A stretch of DNA of 64,000 nt from Anthoceros angustus (taxonomy: Eukaryota; Plantae; Anthocerotophyta), in contig MU008160.1 in assembly GCA_010909165.1 (NCBI GenBank), positions 372,001-436,000 of the forward strand. Direction: 5' to 3'. Below, in pieces: positions 34,503 to 46,199 of the stretch. The position numbers and the translations under genes were made by a program. The number at the start of each line of letters is the position of its first letter. Within the stretch, counting starts at the first letter, position 1. The notes beneath the pieces are model-generated. The model was not told where the DNA came from and ran no database searches. It worked only from the letters and a program-made list of their open reading frames with translations.

Positions 34503-34924
34503 GGTCCAGTATCAGCGGAGTACCCTGCCAACAAAATTAAGGTCAGATCCAATACGAATTCCTTAAAAGACTTACACCAGGGCAGATGGCGTCACGCAGC
34601 TGGGCAACTAGCTTGGGAGAGAAAATTTTGGAAGAAGTCAAGACTTACAGATTCAAGGAATCGACAGAAACCTCAAGAGCATGTCTTCAGTGATCGTCAC
34701 TGGGTCCTCGCATGAGGAATGAGGAGGAAGGCAAGGATAGGTTGGAATTGCCAGCTGCCAATGGCACCAAATCTGTATAAACCTTTAGGGCTGCAGGCAC
34801 GTGGCCTCAAATTGTTATCACTTCCATCTGGCAAGACTTACAGGATTGGAATGCCTAGGGTTTAGGGGTTAGATCCGCTGCTGGTGCAACCGGGCAATGG
34901 AGCTCTAAGTGCTGGATGACATAG

Positions 34925-36063
34925 ATGGCTGGACCTCCTGATCTGCCAGGTCAGTCCTCATACATAACTTTCCAAATTGAGTTCGATTGTGGATGTGAGG
35001 TTTCTGGTCTCGAGTCTTGATGGTCCAGACTGGCATGTGCAGGGAAGGAGGACATCAAGCAATTGCCATCAGGGCCAGTGGATCTTTCACCCGCAGTCAC
35101 GACTGTGGCTTTTGAGACTGTGCTCCCCCTGCTGAGAGTGCCATTGCCTGCTGGTGAGGATGATGATCCTCCAAAGGGGCCCTATGTGCTTGCCTTCAAG
35201 GACGAGGACAGCTGGCGACGAGCTTGGCGCAGATGTGAGGACAAAGTGGCTGCTCAGTGCGAGGTATCCTCCCTGAGAGAGGTGGAAGGATTAGTATTTG
35301 GTTCTGAAGTCACCAACTTCTCGCAGCTCTGCAGTTTTCTTCCTTAACTCTACAGTTTTTTCAGACTGGAGCAAGAATGGGTTGTTCAATCAGTGCAGCC
35401 AACATATGCAAACCCCCGTGGTGGAAAACCATGCTCCCTTTTTTCAAAGCATCTGATGCAGAGGAGGCAGAGAGGGAGGCCTGTGAGGAGAGGGAGATGA
35501 TGGCCTGCCTGGCTGCTTCCAAGGAGAGTTGCATCAAGTATGCGCAGGAGACATGTGAGCCAGTGTTTGCAGAGCTGAGAATCGCAAATCCTGACCAAGT
35601 CATCGACCCCAGGTTCAATGGAAAGAAACCTCCGAGACTGAGGAGGCCCCCAAATATCCAAAGACCCAACTCTGTGCACAAGGCAGGAGAGAGAAGTCCA
35701 GGTGCAAGGCTAGCAGAGGCACTTGCTTCCCTTGAGCAGGTCCAGCAGGATACTGGGGAGACGCATGAAAAGAAGAGATCTACAAACTTCAGGGGGAGAC
35801 AACTAATGGAAGGAGGGAGTCATACTCGAGCGTGGGAGGGTCCTATTTGGAGTGATGCTGAGGAACATGCAGACATCGCAGTTCCCAAGGGGCCTATCAT
35901 CGAGGGATGGGAAGGAGGTCTCATAAGGCCTAAATTTGATTCCAAAAAATCCGAAGAGGCAGACCAACCAGAGCAACCAGCAGAGGTTGCCAAAGTCCCA
36001 TCCTTTTGGGAGGCACTAGATCTGAAAATAAGGAGCAAGCTAAAAGAATTCGGGTCTGGCTGA
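34925..36063 (+). CDS. Conserved plant protein of unknown function (Cys-motif GCSISAANICKPPWW...CEEREM..CL), 3 exons
   Basis: ATG at 34925 (MAGPPDLP) splices in frame to GKEDIKQLP.. and then to TGARMGCS.. through canonical introns. Confidence 0.75.
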
Positions 36064-36334
36064 CAGTCTTTCAGAACTGTGCTTTTGTCGAGACAACTCT
36101 TGTGTGTAAACGACATCATGTTTCTACATTGCGTCCTAAAAATATTGCGGACTCTCCCAGCTGACTGGAGTGCTGAGAGGCTTCAGATCTGAATAGGAAA
36201 CGCGAAACGCATTTGATCCTTGCTCCCCGAAATGTGGACATTTGGCTGCTAGTGCATTAATCTGGCTGAGGAAACGTCCGTGCCTAGTTAACAAGATGAC
36301 TGTTCCGTGTAAGATATTCACTAACATAATATGC

Positions 36335-39300
36335 TTAGATTGCAATGCTTTCTACCTGCAATTCCGACAAGGATGAGTCAAGGTTCTCGATCTTCACTCG
36401 CGGGTGCTCTACGTCAAGGCTTCCTACCTCTAGCTGCACGTCGTTCAATGGCAACTGGTCCGATTTAATTCTTTCTACCGGCACAGGCTCACGGCCTAGC
36501 TTGACAACTCGCACCTCCACTTGGGAACTGGTTGATTCAACGATATCCGCTTTCACTTCCTCTTCCTGACGAGCTTCTACCTCCACGGCTGCATCAGCTG
36601 ATTCTACCTCCCTTATCGAATCTGCTACCTCCACCTTTGAATGGTCTGCTTCTACCTCCCCTTGCGAACCGTCTGATTCCCGACTTTCCGCCTCAACTTG
36701 CACAGGATTTACGTCTCCGCTCTTGGCCCTGTTGTCAGCATCACCTGATTCAGGATTTTCTCCTCCCTCCAGTTGAATACTCAGTTCGTCCAACGAATCA
36801 TATATCCGCTCACTTTCAGGATATGTTGTATCTCCAGCAACAAATGACTGCACCTGTCCCGCATGCTCAATCCAGGAGACGCCTGGCTCCTTCTTCGCTG
36901 CTACTTCCTCCATCTCCTTCGTAACCCTAGCAGAATCATCCAATCTACCAGCTGAGGCATAGATATTAGCCATCAAGAGGTAAGGAGAAGGATTTGTAGC
37001 ATCTATCTTGAGGATGTTCTCAAATGCAAGGGTTCCTATCTCAACATTTGAATGCTTCCTGCAGGCAGCAAGCAGACTCATCCAGATAGGAACACCAGGG
37101 TCAAGCGGCATGCTGTTGATCAAGTTCAAAGCCTCCGCGACATGGCCTCCACGGCCCAGGGCGTCGACCAGGCAGGAGTAGTGCTGCACGGTCGGTGGCA
37201 GACGATACACTTCCATCATCTGTTTGAAGTAGTGGAAACCCTTGTCAACTGCCCCTGCATGGCTGCAGGCTGACAGGATGGTAGTGAACGTGACTTCATT
37301 TGGCGTCACTCCTTCCTGCTCCATCTTCGCAAACAATAGCAGAGCATCTTCTAATTGTCCTTGATGTGCATATCCTGACATTAATGCGGTCCAAGACACC
37401 ACATCTCGTTCAGGCAACGAATCAAATATTGTCTGAGCATCGTCAATACACCCACATTTCCCATACATGTCAATGAGGGTGCTGCCCAAAGTCAGATTGG
37501 ACTCCAAGTTACGTTCCCGAATCTCGGCATGCACTACTTTCCCTTTCTCAAGCAGTGACAACTGGGTGCAAGCTTTGATAACATTCACGAACGTAACTTC
37601 ATCGGGTTGGATGCCGGCATCTTGCATCTCGTCAAACAGTTGCAACGCAGTCTCAGCATTGTCATCCTGTACATATCCCGAGATCATTGTTGTCCAAGAT
37701 ACAACAGTCCTCTGGCCAAGACTGTTGAACACTTCTTTCGCCTCCTCCATGGCCCCACACTTGACATACACATCCAAAATGGCATTACCAACGTAAGTAT
37801 CCATCAAAGAAGGATGCTCCTTGACATACTTCTGGATCTTCTTGCCTTTTTCCAAATCTTGTGAGCTTGAACATGCTTTAAGCACAGCCATTATGGTGAT
37901 TGTGTCTGGTTTCAAACCATTGACTTGCATCTGATCAAACAGGTTAATGACATCCTCCACCTGATCCAGAAGTGCATACCCAGCAATCATTGAATTCCAA
38001 ATGGCCAAATTTCCATCACGCCATTTCTCAAAAACAAGAACTGCATCTTTCAGGTCACCACACTTGCAAAACATTTCTATAAGTGTGCAGCCAATGTAGA
38101 GCTCTGAATCATACCCCTGTTTATGTATATGTTCGGAAATCCACCTCCCATGATCACCTGCTTCCAGAGTGGAACATGCTTTGAGGATGATTGAACAGGA
38201 GAACTTATCTGGCACCCCACCCTTTTGCCGCAACTCCTCAAACTTTTTCAGCTCTGCTTTGGGATCGGTTAGCTCAGCAAATGCGATGTTAATCGCATTC
38301 CAGGCCATCATGCTCTTTTCGGTCATGTTGCTGAATACATTGTATGCATCTCTCAGGCTGCCGCATTTTGCAAACATGTCAATGAGAGGGCAGGCGAGGA
38401 CCAAACTTGAATATAATCCACACTCTCTGATCCATGAGTGAACCTGTCTAGCCTCTCGCAACTTACCAAGCGCTGCACAAGCCTTGATTGCACTACAAAA
38501 TGCCAGCTCATTGGGCCTCGGACCATTCTGGTGCATCTCCTTGAACAGAGTCAGCGCTGCTTCAGGAAAACCATCTTCTGCCAATGCAAATATCATTGCA
38601 GTAAAAGCAAACACATTCTGGCTGGGTAGATTGTCAAACACCAGCTGAGCTTTCTCCAAGCTACCGCATTTGGCATACATATCCACAAGTCCACCCCCAA
38701 CAAAAGAATCTTCTGCTAAGCCGCAGGAGATGATCTTTTCATGGATCTCTACTCCACGGTCAAGATCCTGTAAGGTAGCACAGGCTTTGAGGAGGCTGGA
38801 AAAGGTGTAGGCATCTGGATTCGTTTTTGCTTCTACCATCAAATCATAAAGGCTGAGTGCTTTCCTGGGATTCCCATGATCTATGTATCCCCTGATAAGC
38901 GTACTCCACAACACAACATCCCGTTCAGTTACCTTATCGAACACCGCCTGTGCTTGCTGCATCCTTCCACATCGGGCATACAGATCAATGATGGCGGATG
39001 CAACATGCACATCTGTTTCTAGCTCGTTGCCCACCGTCATCTCATAGATTTCCTGCCCTCGATCCCAGTCCCCCAACCCAACACAGGCTTTCAAAGCGGT
39101 AACAAAACTGTAGCTATTCGGCTCAACATCTGCCGCGTCCATCCTCTCAATCACTTTTATAGCTTCCTCAAACTGTCCAAGCTTGGCATGACCCTCAGCA
39201 AGTGCAGTCCAGCAAAACGCACTCTTTTTCACTGTCTTCTCAAAAGCCAGGTTTGCGTCTCTCATCAAACCAGCCTGGGCATACATGCGGACAAGAGTGC

Positions 39301-39595
39301 TCATTAAGTAGTCATTATTTTCTAAGCCCCTCTTGACGATGGCGTCGTGCACTTTCTTGCCTTTCCGTACATCAGCCAACTTGATGCACAGCTGCAACAG
39401 GTGGGCAAACACACTGATGGACGCCTGCGCACCTTTATCGTGCAAAAGTAGTAAACCCTCCTCCAGTCGATCCTCTGAGACAATCCTCTTCAACTCCTCA
39501 TCAACGAACACTCTCACAGGCAGACCCAACAGCAGCGGCTCTTCAAACCTACATCCAGAACAACAGCAATCCTCTGAGCAAAACAACGAATGCAC
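36335..39595 (-). CDS. PLS-class PPR protein, E+ with PG box (PGVSWIE), acidic C-terminal extension, no catalytic DYW
   Basis: Many PLS triplets, E1/E2, then KKEPGVSWIEHAGQVQSFVAGD. The true start is probably in an upstream exon (39643..40044 frame looks like a transit peptide). Confidence 0.88.
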   Translation of the reverse strand: MHSLFCSEDCCCSGCRFEEPLLLGLPVRVFVDEELKRIVSEDRLEEGLLLLHDKGAQASISVFAHLLQLCIKLADVRKGKKVHDAIVKRGLENNDYLMSTLVRMYAQAGLMRDANLAFEKTVKKSAFCWTALAEGHAKLGQFEEAIKVIERMDAADVEPNSYSFVTALKACVGLGDWDRGQEIYEMTVGNELETDVHVASAIIDLYARCGRMQQAQAVFDKVTERDVVLWSTLIRGYIDHGNPRKALSLYDLMVEAKTNPDAYTFSSLLKACATLQDLDRGVEIHEKIISCGLAEDSFVGGGLVDMYAKCGSLEKAQLVFDNLPSQNVFAFTAMIFALAEDGFPEAALTLFKEMHQNGPRPNELAFCSAIKACAALGKLREARQVHSWIRECGLYSSLVLACPLIDMFAKCGSLRDAYNVFSNMTEKSMMAWNAINIAFAELTDPKAELKKFEELRQKGGVPDKFSCSIILKACSTLEAGDHGRWISEHIHKQGYDSELYIGCTLIEMFCKCGDLKDAVLVFEKWRDGNLAIWNSMIAGYALLDQVEDVINLFDQMQVNGLKPDTITIMAVLKACSSSQDLEKGKKIQKYVKEHPSLMDTYVGNAILDVYVKCGAMEEAKEVFNSLGQRTVVSWTTMISGYVQDDNAETALQLFDEMQDAGIQPDEVTFVNVIKACTQLSLLEKGKVVHAEIRERNLESNLTLGSTLIDMYGKCGCIDDAQTIFDSLPERDVVSWTALMSGYAHQGQLEDALLLFAKMEQEGVTPNEVTFTTILSACSHAGAVDKGFHYFKQMMEVYRLPPTVQHYSCLVDALGRGGHVAEALNLINSMPLDPGVPIWMSLLAACRKHSNVEIGTLAFENILKIDATNPSPYLLMANIYASAGRLDDSARVTKEMEEVAAKKEPGVSWIEHAGQVQSFVAGDTTYPESERIYDSLDELSIQLEGGENPESGDADNRAKSGDVNPVQVEAESRESDGSQGEVEADHSKVEVADSIREVESADAAVEVEARQEEEVKADIVESTSSQVEVRVVKLGREPVPVERIKSDQLPLNDVQLEVGSLDVEHPRVKIENLDSSLSELQVESIAI

Positions 39596-40430
39596 ATCAA
39601 ACTCTGCTCAGAGACCAACAACCGCATAGAACAACATTCCTTTCAAATCAAACAATGTGCAGAAGGATGGAAGCACCTCTCCAGAGACACCCTGTGCCAA
39701 GTCTGCTGTGCGTAGATATCGTTCTCCTCCGGCGGAATCTCGCTTACAAATTCTTTCTTGCCTATGGGTGCGGCGGCTGCACATATAGTTCGGTGCATTC
39801 CACGTCTCCGCCATTGCACCTGTCGTATCTTCTGGCGAGGGAAGGCTGCAAGCCTCAGCCTGCCTCCTTGTCTATGAGACGCATTTACTGTCAGCCAGGG
39901 AGTCTTCCGCTGCCTCCACTCCAAACCAGCCACAATAGGCCTCACGAAAACGGACACCTCCTTCGAGCTGATGGAAGCAGCTGCATTGCAGCATGAGCTC
40001 ACAGAGAACACTTCAGGAACAGCCCCACTCACATCCATCTTCATCCTACTCGAACACCCTTTTGAATGCTCAGAATCTGTTGGAGCTGAAACAGAAGGAG
40101 CCGGAAGAGGACGCAGCGGAGGTTGCAGACTCCTGGAACACCATGCTGGAGGCCCCAGTCAGACAATGCGCGCCTCAGCTAGGTGCAGCTCAAATCAAAA
40201 TTGCCAACTCCCACAAACTCCAGCCGGAGTCTGGGAAACCCAGCAGTCTCTAGTCTCGACTGTAGTCAGCCGTGGCATTCGCAGGCCTAGGGCAACGCTA
40301 GGTCAAAAACCCAGCTTCTGGATCCTTCGGCTCCGGCTTGGATGTGTTTGATTTTTGTCTTTATGCGTGTTTCCGCAGAATCCACCCGATACTGATCTGG
40401 GTTTTTTCGGGTTGACTGGATCCAGCTGCC

Positions 40431-41039
40431 ATGGCTTGCACCCATCAGCACGACTGCGCGCAGCACGAGTGTGCCAGGGAGTGGTCGCTCCACGAGTTTG
40501 TGGACAAGCCCAAGGTGTGGGCACTGAACGAGGCAGTGGAGGGCAGCGCCAAGTCTGTGATCAAGCCGTGGGAGAAGCGGCTGGACCTGGATTCCGGGCT
40601 CCTGGAGAGCAATGCGGACGACCCTGAGCTCATTGTCTTCATCCCTTTCACGACCGACGTCAAGATCAAGAGCATTGCCGTGGTGGGCGGTGCAGAGGGC
40701 AGCAGCCCTGCCAAGATGAGAGCCTTTCTCAACAGGCAGGACATCGATTTCTCCAATGCTTGGGACCTGACGCCCGTGCAGGAGTGGGAGGTTGCGGAGA
40801 ATCTGCGAGGGGAGCTGGAGTACCCTACCAAGTACCCTCGCTTCCAGGGGGTGGCCAACATCACCCTGCATTTCCCGGAAAATCACGGGGCTGCATCTTC
40901 CCGCATCCACTTCATCGGATTGAAAGGGGAAGGAACGCAGAACAAGAGGGATGCTGTCACCACAATTGTGTACGAGGCCGTGGCGAACCCGTCGGAGCAT
41001 AAGCTGCCGGCTGAAGGAGGTGTTCCTCAGATTTTGTAG
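40431..41039 (+). CDS. PITHD1: PITH domain-containing protein 1
   Basis: MACTHQHDC..SL...ALNE..ESNADDPELIVFIPFT.DVKIKSI..RIHFIGLKGE, the typical PITHD1 signature. Confidence 0.92.
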   Translation: MACTHQHDCAQHECAREWSLHEFVDKPKVWALNEAVEGSAKSVIKPWEKRLDLDSGLLESNADDPELIVFIPFTTDVKIKSIAVVGGAEGSSPAKMRAFLNRQDIDFSNAWDLTPVQEWEVAENLRGELEYPTKYPRFQGVANITLHFPENHGAASSRIHFIGLKGEGTQNKRDAVTTIVYEAVANPSEHKLPAEGGVPQIL

Positions 41040-41675
41040 GGGAATTGGAGCTGGAAAGCAAGAAAAGAATCCATCCCACCAGTTTTGTGTTCAGTGTAGT
41101 AGCAAGAAGGCAAGAAGAGACTCAAGCAAAGAGAGGAGACTCGCAGCACTGTCAGTGCTCACGGTAGGCATGTTTTTCTCACTCCGGACTTTGCAATGGG
41201 TTGTGACTTCTTGTGATAATCGTATGGGTGTTGTGTAGAATTGGCCTGCAAGAATATGTACAGCATGAGGCACTAATGGAACCACATTAATGCAACATGG
41301 TCTCTGGGTGGCATGCTTTGCACTTGCATCTGGTAGTGATGCCAGCTGGGCATTCAGTAGACTCAAAGCACTTTCTTGAATCAGATCTCAGTACACATTC
41401 CTTCAGAATCCGTGACATGCCCACCTGCCTGAATCTGTGAGTGGCTACGTCACTCCTATTGAGCTCTCCGAAAATTGCGCCCAGCCTAGCCCTTGTGGCT
41501 GTTTCTCCACCTGTCTGATCACGTCCACATGCCAGACTCTGAACCGCCTGCCTCGAGCTTGATGATGCGGGGTCTTCGCAAGCTCTTACATGTTGGGAAA
41601 GGAAACGGATATAGCTGTCTCGGGTGAAAGATGCGCTAAGGAACAGAGCGTGGGATGCAGCGTGGTCTATGAGCC

Positions 41676-44569
41676 ATGGAGTCGAGAGCCATACTCTGGT
41701 TCCGCAAGGGCCTGAGGCTGCACGATAACCCAGCTCTGCACATCGCTTGTGACGGTGCCAAGCATGTGTTCCCTCTCTTCATCTTGGACCCCTTTTTCCT
41801 GGCCCCGGATCTCACAGCACCGTCCCCAGGCTCAGCGCATTGCGGGGTGAACCGTATTCGATTTCTCCTGGAGTCATTGAAGGACCTGGATTTGAGACTG
41901 CAAGCCCGAGGGTCGCGCCTTCTCTTGCTACATGGCAATCCGGTGGAAGTTCTGCCGACTGTCATTCAGAAAGTACGTTGTTTGTTTCCTCCTTTCAATC
42001 GGTGAGCTTGCTGTAATGTTTGCTCACCAGTGCAAGTTTCCATAAGATCTTGGAACCTGATGCAGTTGAATTGGTGGGCACGATTTTCTTGAACGATTGC
42101 TGCAGTGGAGGATCAGCAAACTGTGCTTTGAGTACGATACTGAGCCCTATGCAGTTACACGAGACGGCAAAATCAAGGTGCGGCTAGCCAGGCTCTCGTT
42201 CTGGATCAGTCACAAGTCTGTCCCCAGTGTGCCAGTAACTTAACTCTTTCCTGCAGGAGATGGCAAGTAAATCTGGGCTGGAGGTACATTGCCCTGTCAG
42301 CCATACACTCTTCGATCCGAATGACACCATCAAAAAGGTCAAACCGAGTGCTATCTTGTGGTAAAGAAAGGGAGACTTCTTCGTTCAATCCTGAGGAGAA
42401 CGAGTATGTTGATGTATAGTATGGTGTGGTTGTGTAGAATGGTGGACATGCTCCATTGACATATCAAGCGTTTTGCAAACAGCTTGGCAAGCCGCCATCT
42501 CCCATTGGTGATCCTCCAGTCGGTATGCCTGGACCACCAGACAATTTGAGTGATGTGGAGGTGGTTCCTGTTCCGACTTTGGAGGATCTCGGGTATCGTG
42601 ATCTCAACTGGGTGAGGACGAAGTGATTCTTCTGGTTGTGAAGTTATTTGCTGGTGCTCTTTTTATAAATCAGGATTACCCTCTGATCCTGGAGCGTGTC
42701 AGGAGTTCACCCCATTCCATGGAGGAGAGACGGAGGCTTTGAAGAGGCTGGATGAAAGCCTAGCTGATAAAGTACATGCATTGTCCTTCTTCATCTGTAA
42801 CGTGTTGTTAAGGGTTGCTAGTATTTGAAATCCTTGTCGTCATTGCTTGCTTGCTCAGCTTGCTGTGTCTGTAGAATTGGGTGTGCAAGTTTGAGAAGCC
42901 AAAGGGGGACCCAACTGCGTTCCTCAAACCAGCAACCACCGTCTTGTCTCCTTATCTAAAGGTATTTCATGTCAGTATGAGAGTCCTAACAACCATGCCA
43001 TGTGTGGCATTGTAAAGGTAGTTTATTCACTAATTTAATCTTGCTCTGTCTTGCAGTTTGGTTGCCTCTCTCCTCGCTTGTTCTATGCACGGCTCCATGA
43101 GATTTACTCTGATGCTAAGACCCACACAAAACCTCCTGTTTCCCTTGAAGGACAAGTAAGTCTTCCCTTCACTGTCTCAGGCAGAGTACCGTCTTTGCGT
43201 TTCTGTTCTTGAATTCAGGTTTGATGATATTGTGCTGCAGCTATTGTGGCGTGAGTTTTTCTACACAGTTGGATATGGAACGCCACACTTTGACTCCATG
43301 GAAGGCAATGCCATCTGCAAGCAGGTTCACATCCTGTTTAGCTAGATCGGAGTAGCTTGAAGAACTGCTCAGGTCCTAGGCATGTGTGTTCCTCTTTCGC
43401 TTTCTCTGCCTTACCAACAACATCATTGCAGATTCCTTGGAAATACGATGAGCGTCTCTTGGGTTTGTGGAGAGATGGCCAAACTGGATATCCATGGATA
43501 GATGCTGCCATGGTTCAGGTAACGGACTTCGTTTTTCTGAAGATATGAATCCTCAGCTCAAATATTGCAAGCTTCAGTGATCTGACAGTTGATTTCTCCT
43601 GCTTCCTGCAGCTCAGGAAGTGGGGTTGGATGCATCATCTTGCTCGGCATGCTGTTGCCTGCTTCCTCACTCGTGGGGACATGGTACGTACTGCATTTTA
43701 AGAAACACACTCAGACCTGGTTACCCCTAGCCCTGAGCATTTTGTCGCGCTCTTCGTGCAGTTCGTGTCCTGGGAATTGGGTCGAGATGTGTTCGACAGG
43801 CTGTTGATTGACGCCGACTGGTCCATCAACAACGGAAACTGGATGTGGCTTGCAGCCTCCGCATTTTTCTTTCAGGTACACAACTGGTTTTTCTTTCTAC
43901 GCTTCTCTAAAACTGACGGTATCTCGATGCAGAGAAAACTCACTTATCTTTGCATGCTTTCCACAGTACCATCGCATATACTCCCCAGTAACATTTGGGA
44001 AGAAGTACGATCCTGATGGCAAATATGTCAAACACTTCCTCCCAATCCTCAAAGGTAGGGCACAACACACCAGACTCCACCATTACGAGCAGGATGACTT
44101 AATTGCCTACGCTGTTGCATGCCGAGCAGACTTTCCGAAACAGTACATCTATGAGCCATGGACAGCACCTATTGAAGTCCAAAGGAGAGCAAAGTGCATT
44201 ATTGGCAAGGATTATCCTAAGCCAGGTGGCCTCCACCTCTTGACTCATTCCTGTCGCTTAGTATCCTCTCTGCCATCATCAGTCTCATCCCTTCCCTAAT
44301 GTCAATGTGCAGTGATAGATCATGCAAGCGCCAATAAGGATTGTCGAGCAAGAATGGCTGCAGCCTATGCACTGAACAAGACCACAGGAGGGCATCCTAC
44401 ACATGACCAGCTGGATATGCTCAATGGAGAACTCCAGGACATTGCAGACCCTGCGAAGTCTAATGAGAAGGCCAAGGAGAAAGCCAAGGCTAAGGCTAAG
44501 CTCAATCGCAATCCCAGGTCATCACCCCCTGCAAAAAAGCAGCGCAAAATCACTGACTACAAACAGTAG
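41676..44569 (+). CDS. UVR3: (6-4) DNA photolyase, multi-exon
   Basis: [84 protein letters not shown] and YIYEPW motifs. Confidence 0.95.
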
Positions 44570-44914
44570 GATTTAATGTTAATCCGTTTCAACGCTTTGC
44601 ACTGCAATGGATTCTTAGATTCATACATACAGTACTATCAGCACCAACCTTAAGTTCTATTTTAGTGGCTGACCTCGCTTAGGAATATTACACTTCACCG
44701 ACCTCGCATCTACTTTCGGCGATCAGATTTCGGGTTGCGACCGGCGGTTTTGCCATCGTCGTTGTTGCCGCGGAGCTGTTCGAATTCCAGGGACTCGAAG
44801 TCGTCACTTGAAGCTGTTCGGATCAGCTGTTTGCCAGGGGCGTGGAAAAGCTGGTCGTCAATCGGTTAGCGGGTTTGGCTTCTGCGAGGTTAAGGATTTG
44901 CAGGAAGCTTCAAC

Positions 44915-45867
44915 ATGGATGCTGTGCTGGGGAAGGCTGGGAGTTTTTTGTTTGCAAATCGGGCCAAGAAGGAGATGGACTCCTTCACCAATGATATCAA
45001 TGTAAGAACTTGCATCTTGGATGATTGGACCGTGGGATCTGGCTCCCCTTTTTGCATGTGTTGTATGTGCTTTGATGCAGATCCAATTCTGCCGTACGGT
45101 TAGATCTTGAGGATTGGATGCAACCAGTTAGCTTTTCCGTGTCCGATTTGATGAACGCTTGCGCTGTGTTAAGAGATCATGGAATTGGTTTCGATTGCAT
45201 TTCAGTCCATGTCCACGAACTTGGAGAGCAGCGCAAAGAATTTTTTCAACAGGATGAAAGGTGTGTGTCTCTTTGAAAGCCCCAGGCCTGGTCTGTGTAG
45301 TGCCACCTGATAGTGGATGTCATCTTGACAGAGCTTATGCCTGAAGCAATTATGCATGACTCTCGTCTCGGTTCCTGCTTTATAGCCAGTTGTTTGTGTG
45401 CTGAGAGCAGGAACCCTTTCAGGAGTTGGCTCGATGGTCCCTTCGCTGTTGGATTGCAAGAGGCTGAGAAGTTGTGTGTGATTGCAGGCAAAATTCAGAA
45501 ACCCTTGCCAGAGTTGCTACAAAGCTTTGACCTCCCGAAGGGTCTTTTCCCTCGGACTGCCACCAACTATGAATTTGATGAAACTTCAGGGAAGATAACT
45601 GTTTTCATACCAGGAATCATTGAGGTCGGTTTTCGGGATGGATCTATTGTGAGATACAATACCAAAGTCACTGGAATACTTTCTAAAGGGAAGTTCTCTG
45701 ACATCGAGGGTCTGAAGACGAAACTGCTGTTCTGGATAAAGGTGACGATGGTTTCAATGGATGATCCTCCAGCTGACAAGGTGTATTTCCATATTGGCGT
45801 GAGGAAGGGCAGGCCCAAAGTAGCATATGATACAGTTCGTGATGGTGTTGAAGTCGATGAATTCTGA
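44915..45867 (+). CDS. DUF538 family protein, 3 exons
   Basis: MDAVLGKAGSF..RAKKEMDSF / LPELLQSFDLPKGLFP..NYEFDE..GKITV..IEGLKTKLLFWIKV. Confidence 0.88.
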
Positions 45868-46199
45868 GAAGCGAATGAATCCGGGTGTGCAGTCGCTAGA
45901 TTGTGCGTCATTGCTCCTGAAGTCGTGCCATACCCTGCAGACTGTGGGGAGAGTATTCCACACCATGGAAACTCTGTGCTTTAGGAGCCAGTCCCTATGT
46001 ATACTAGGAGTTTGCAATTCACTGTGTTGCCATGTAACTACATACTTTTAAGCTTCTGTCCAGTCTAAGAAATGAGGGAGCCGTCTAGTCCAAGCAGTTG
46101 ATCCTGCAGCACAACGATGCTATTTTCTGCTGCGCCAGGAAGGCCCTTAATTGTAGTATCCCGGAACATTTTGTGAAAGAAATTGAGTGGAACAGTATA

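Noticed and set aside
34856-34872. tagggtttaggggttag as an interstitial telomere
   Set aside because: Only about two imperfect units. At most it is an ordinary telo-box-like promoter motif.
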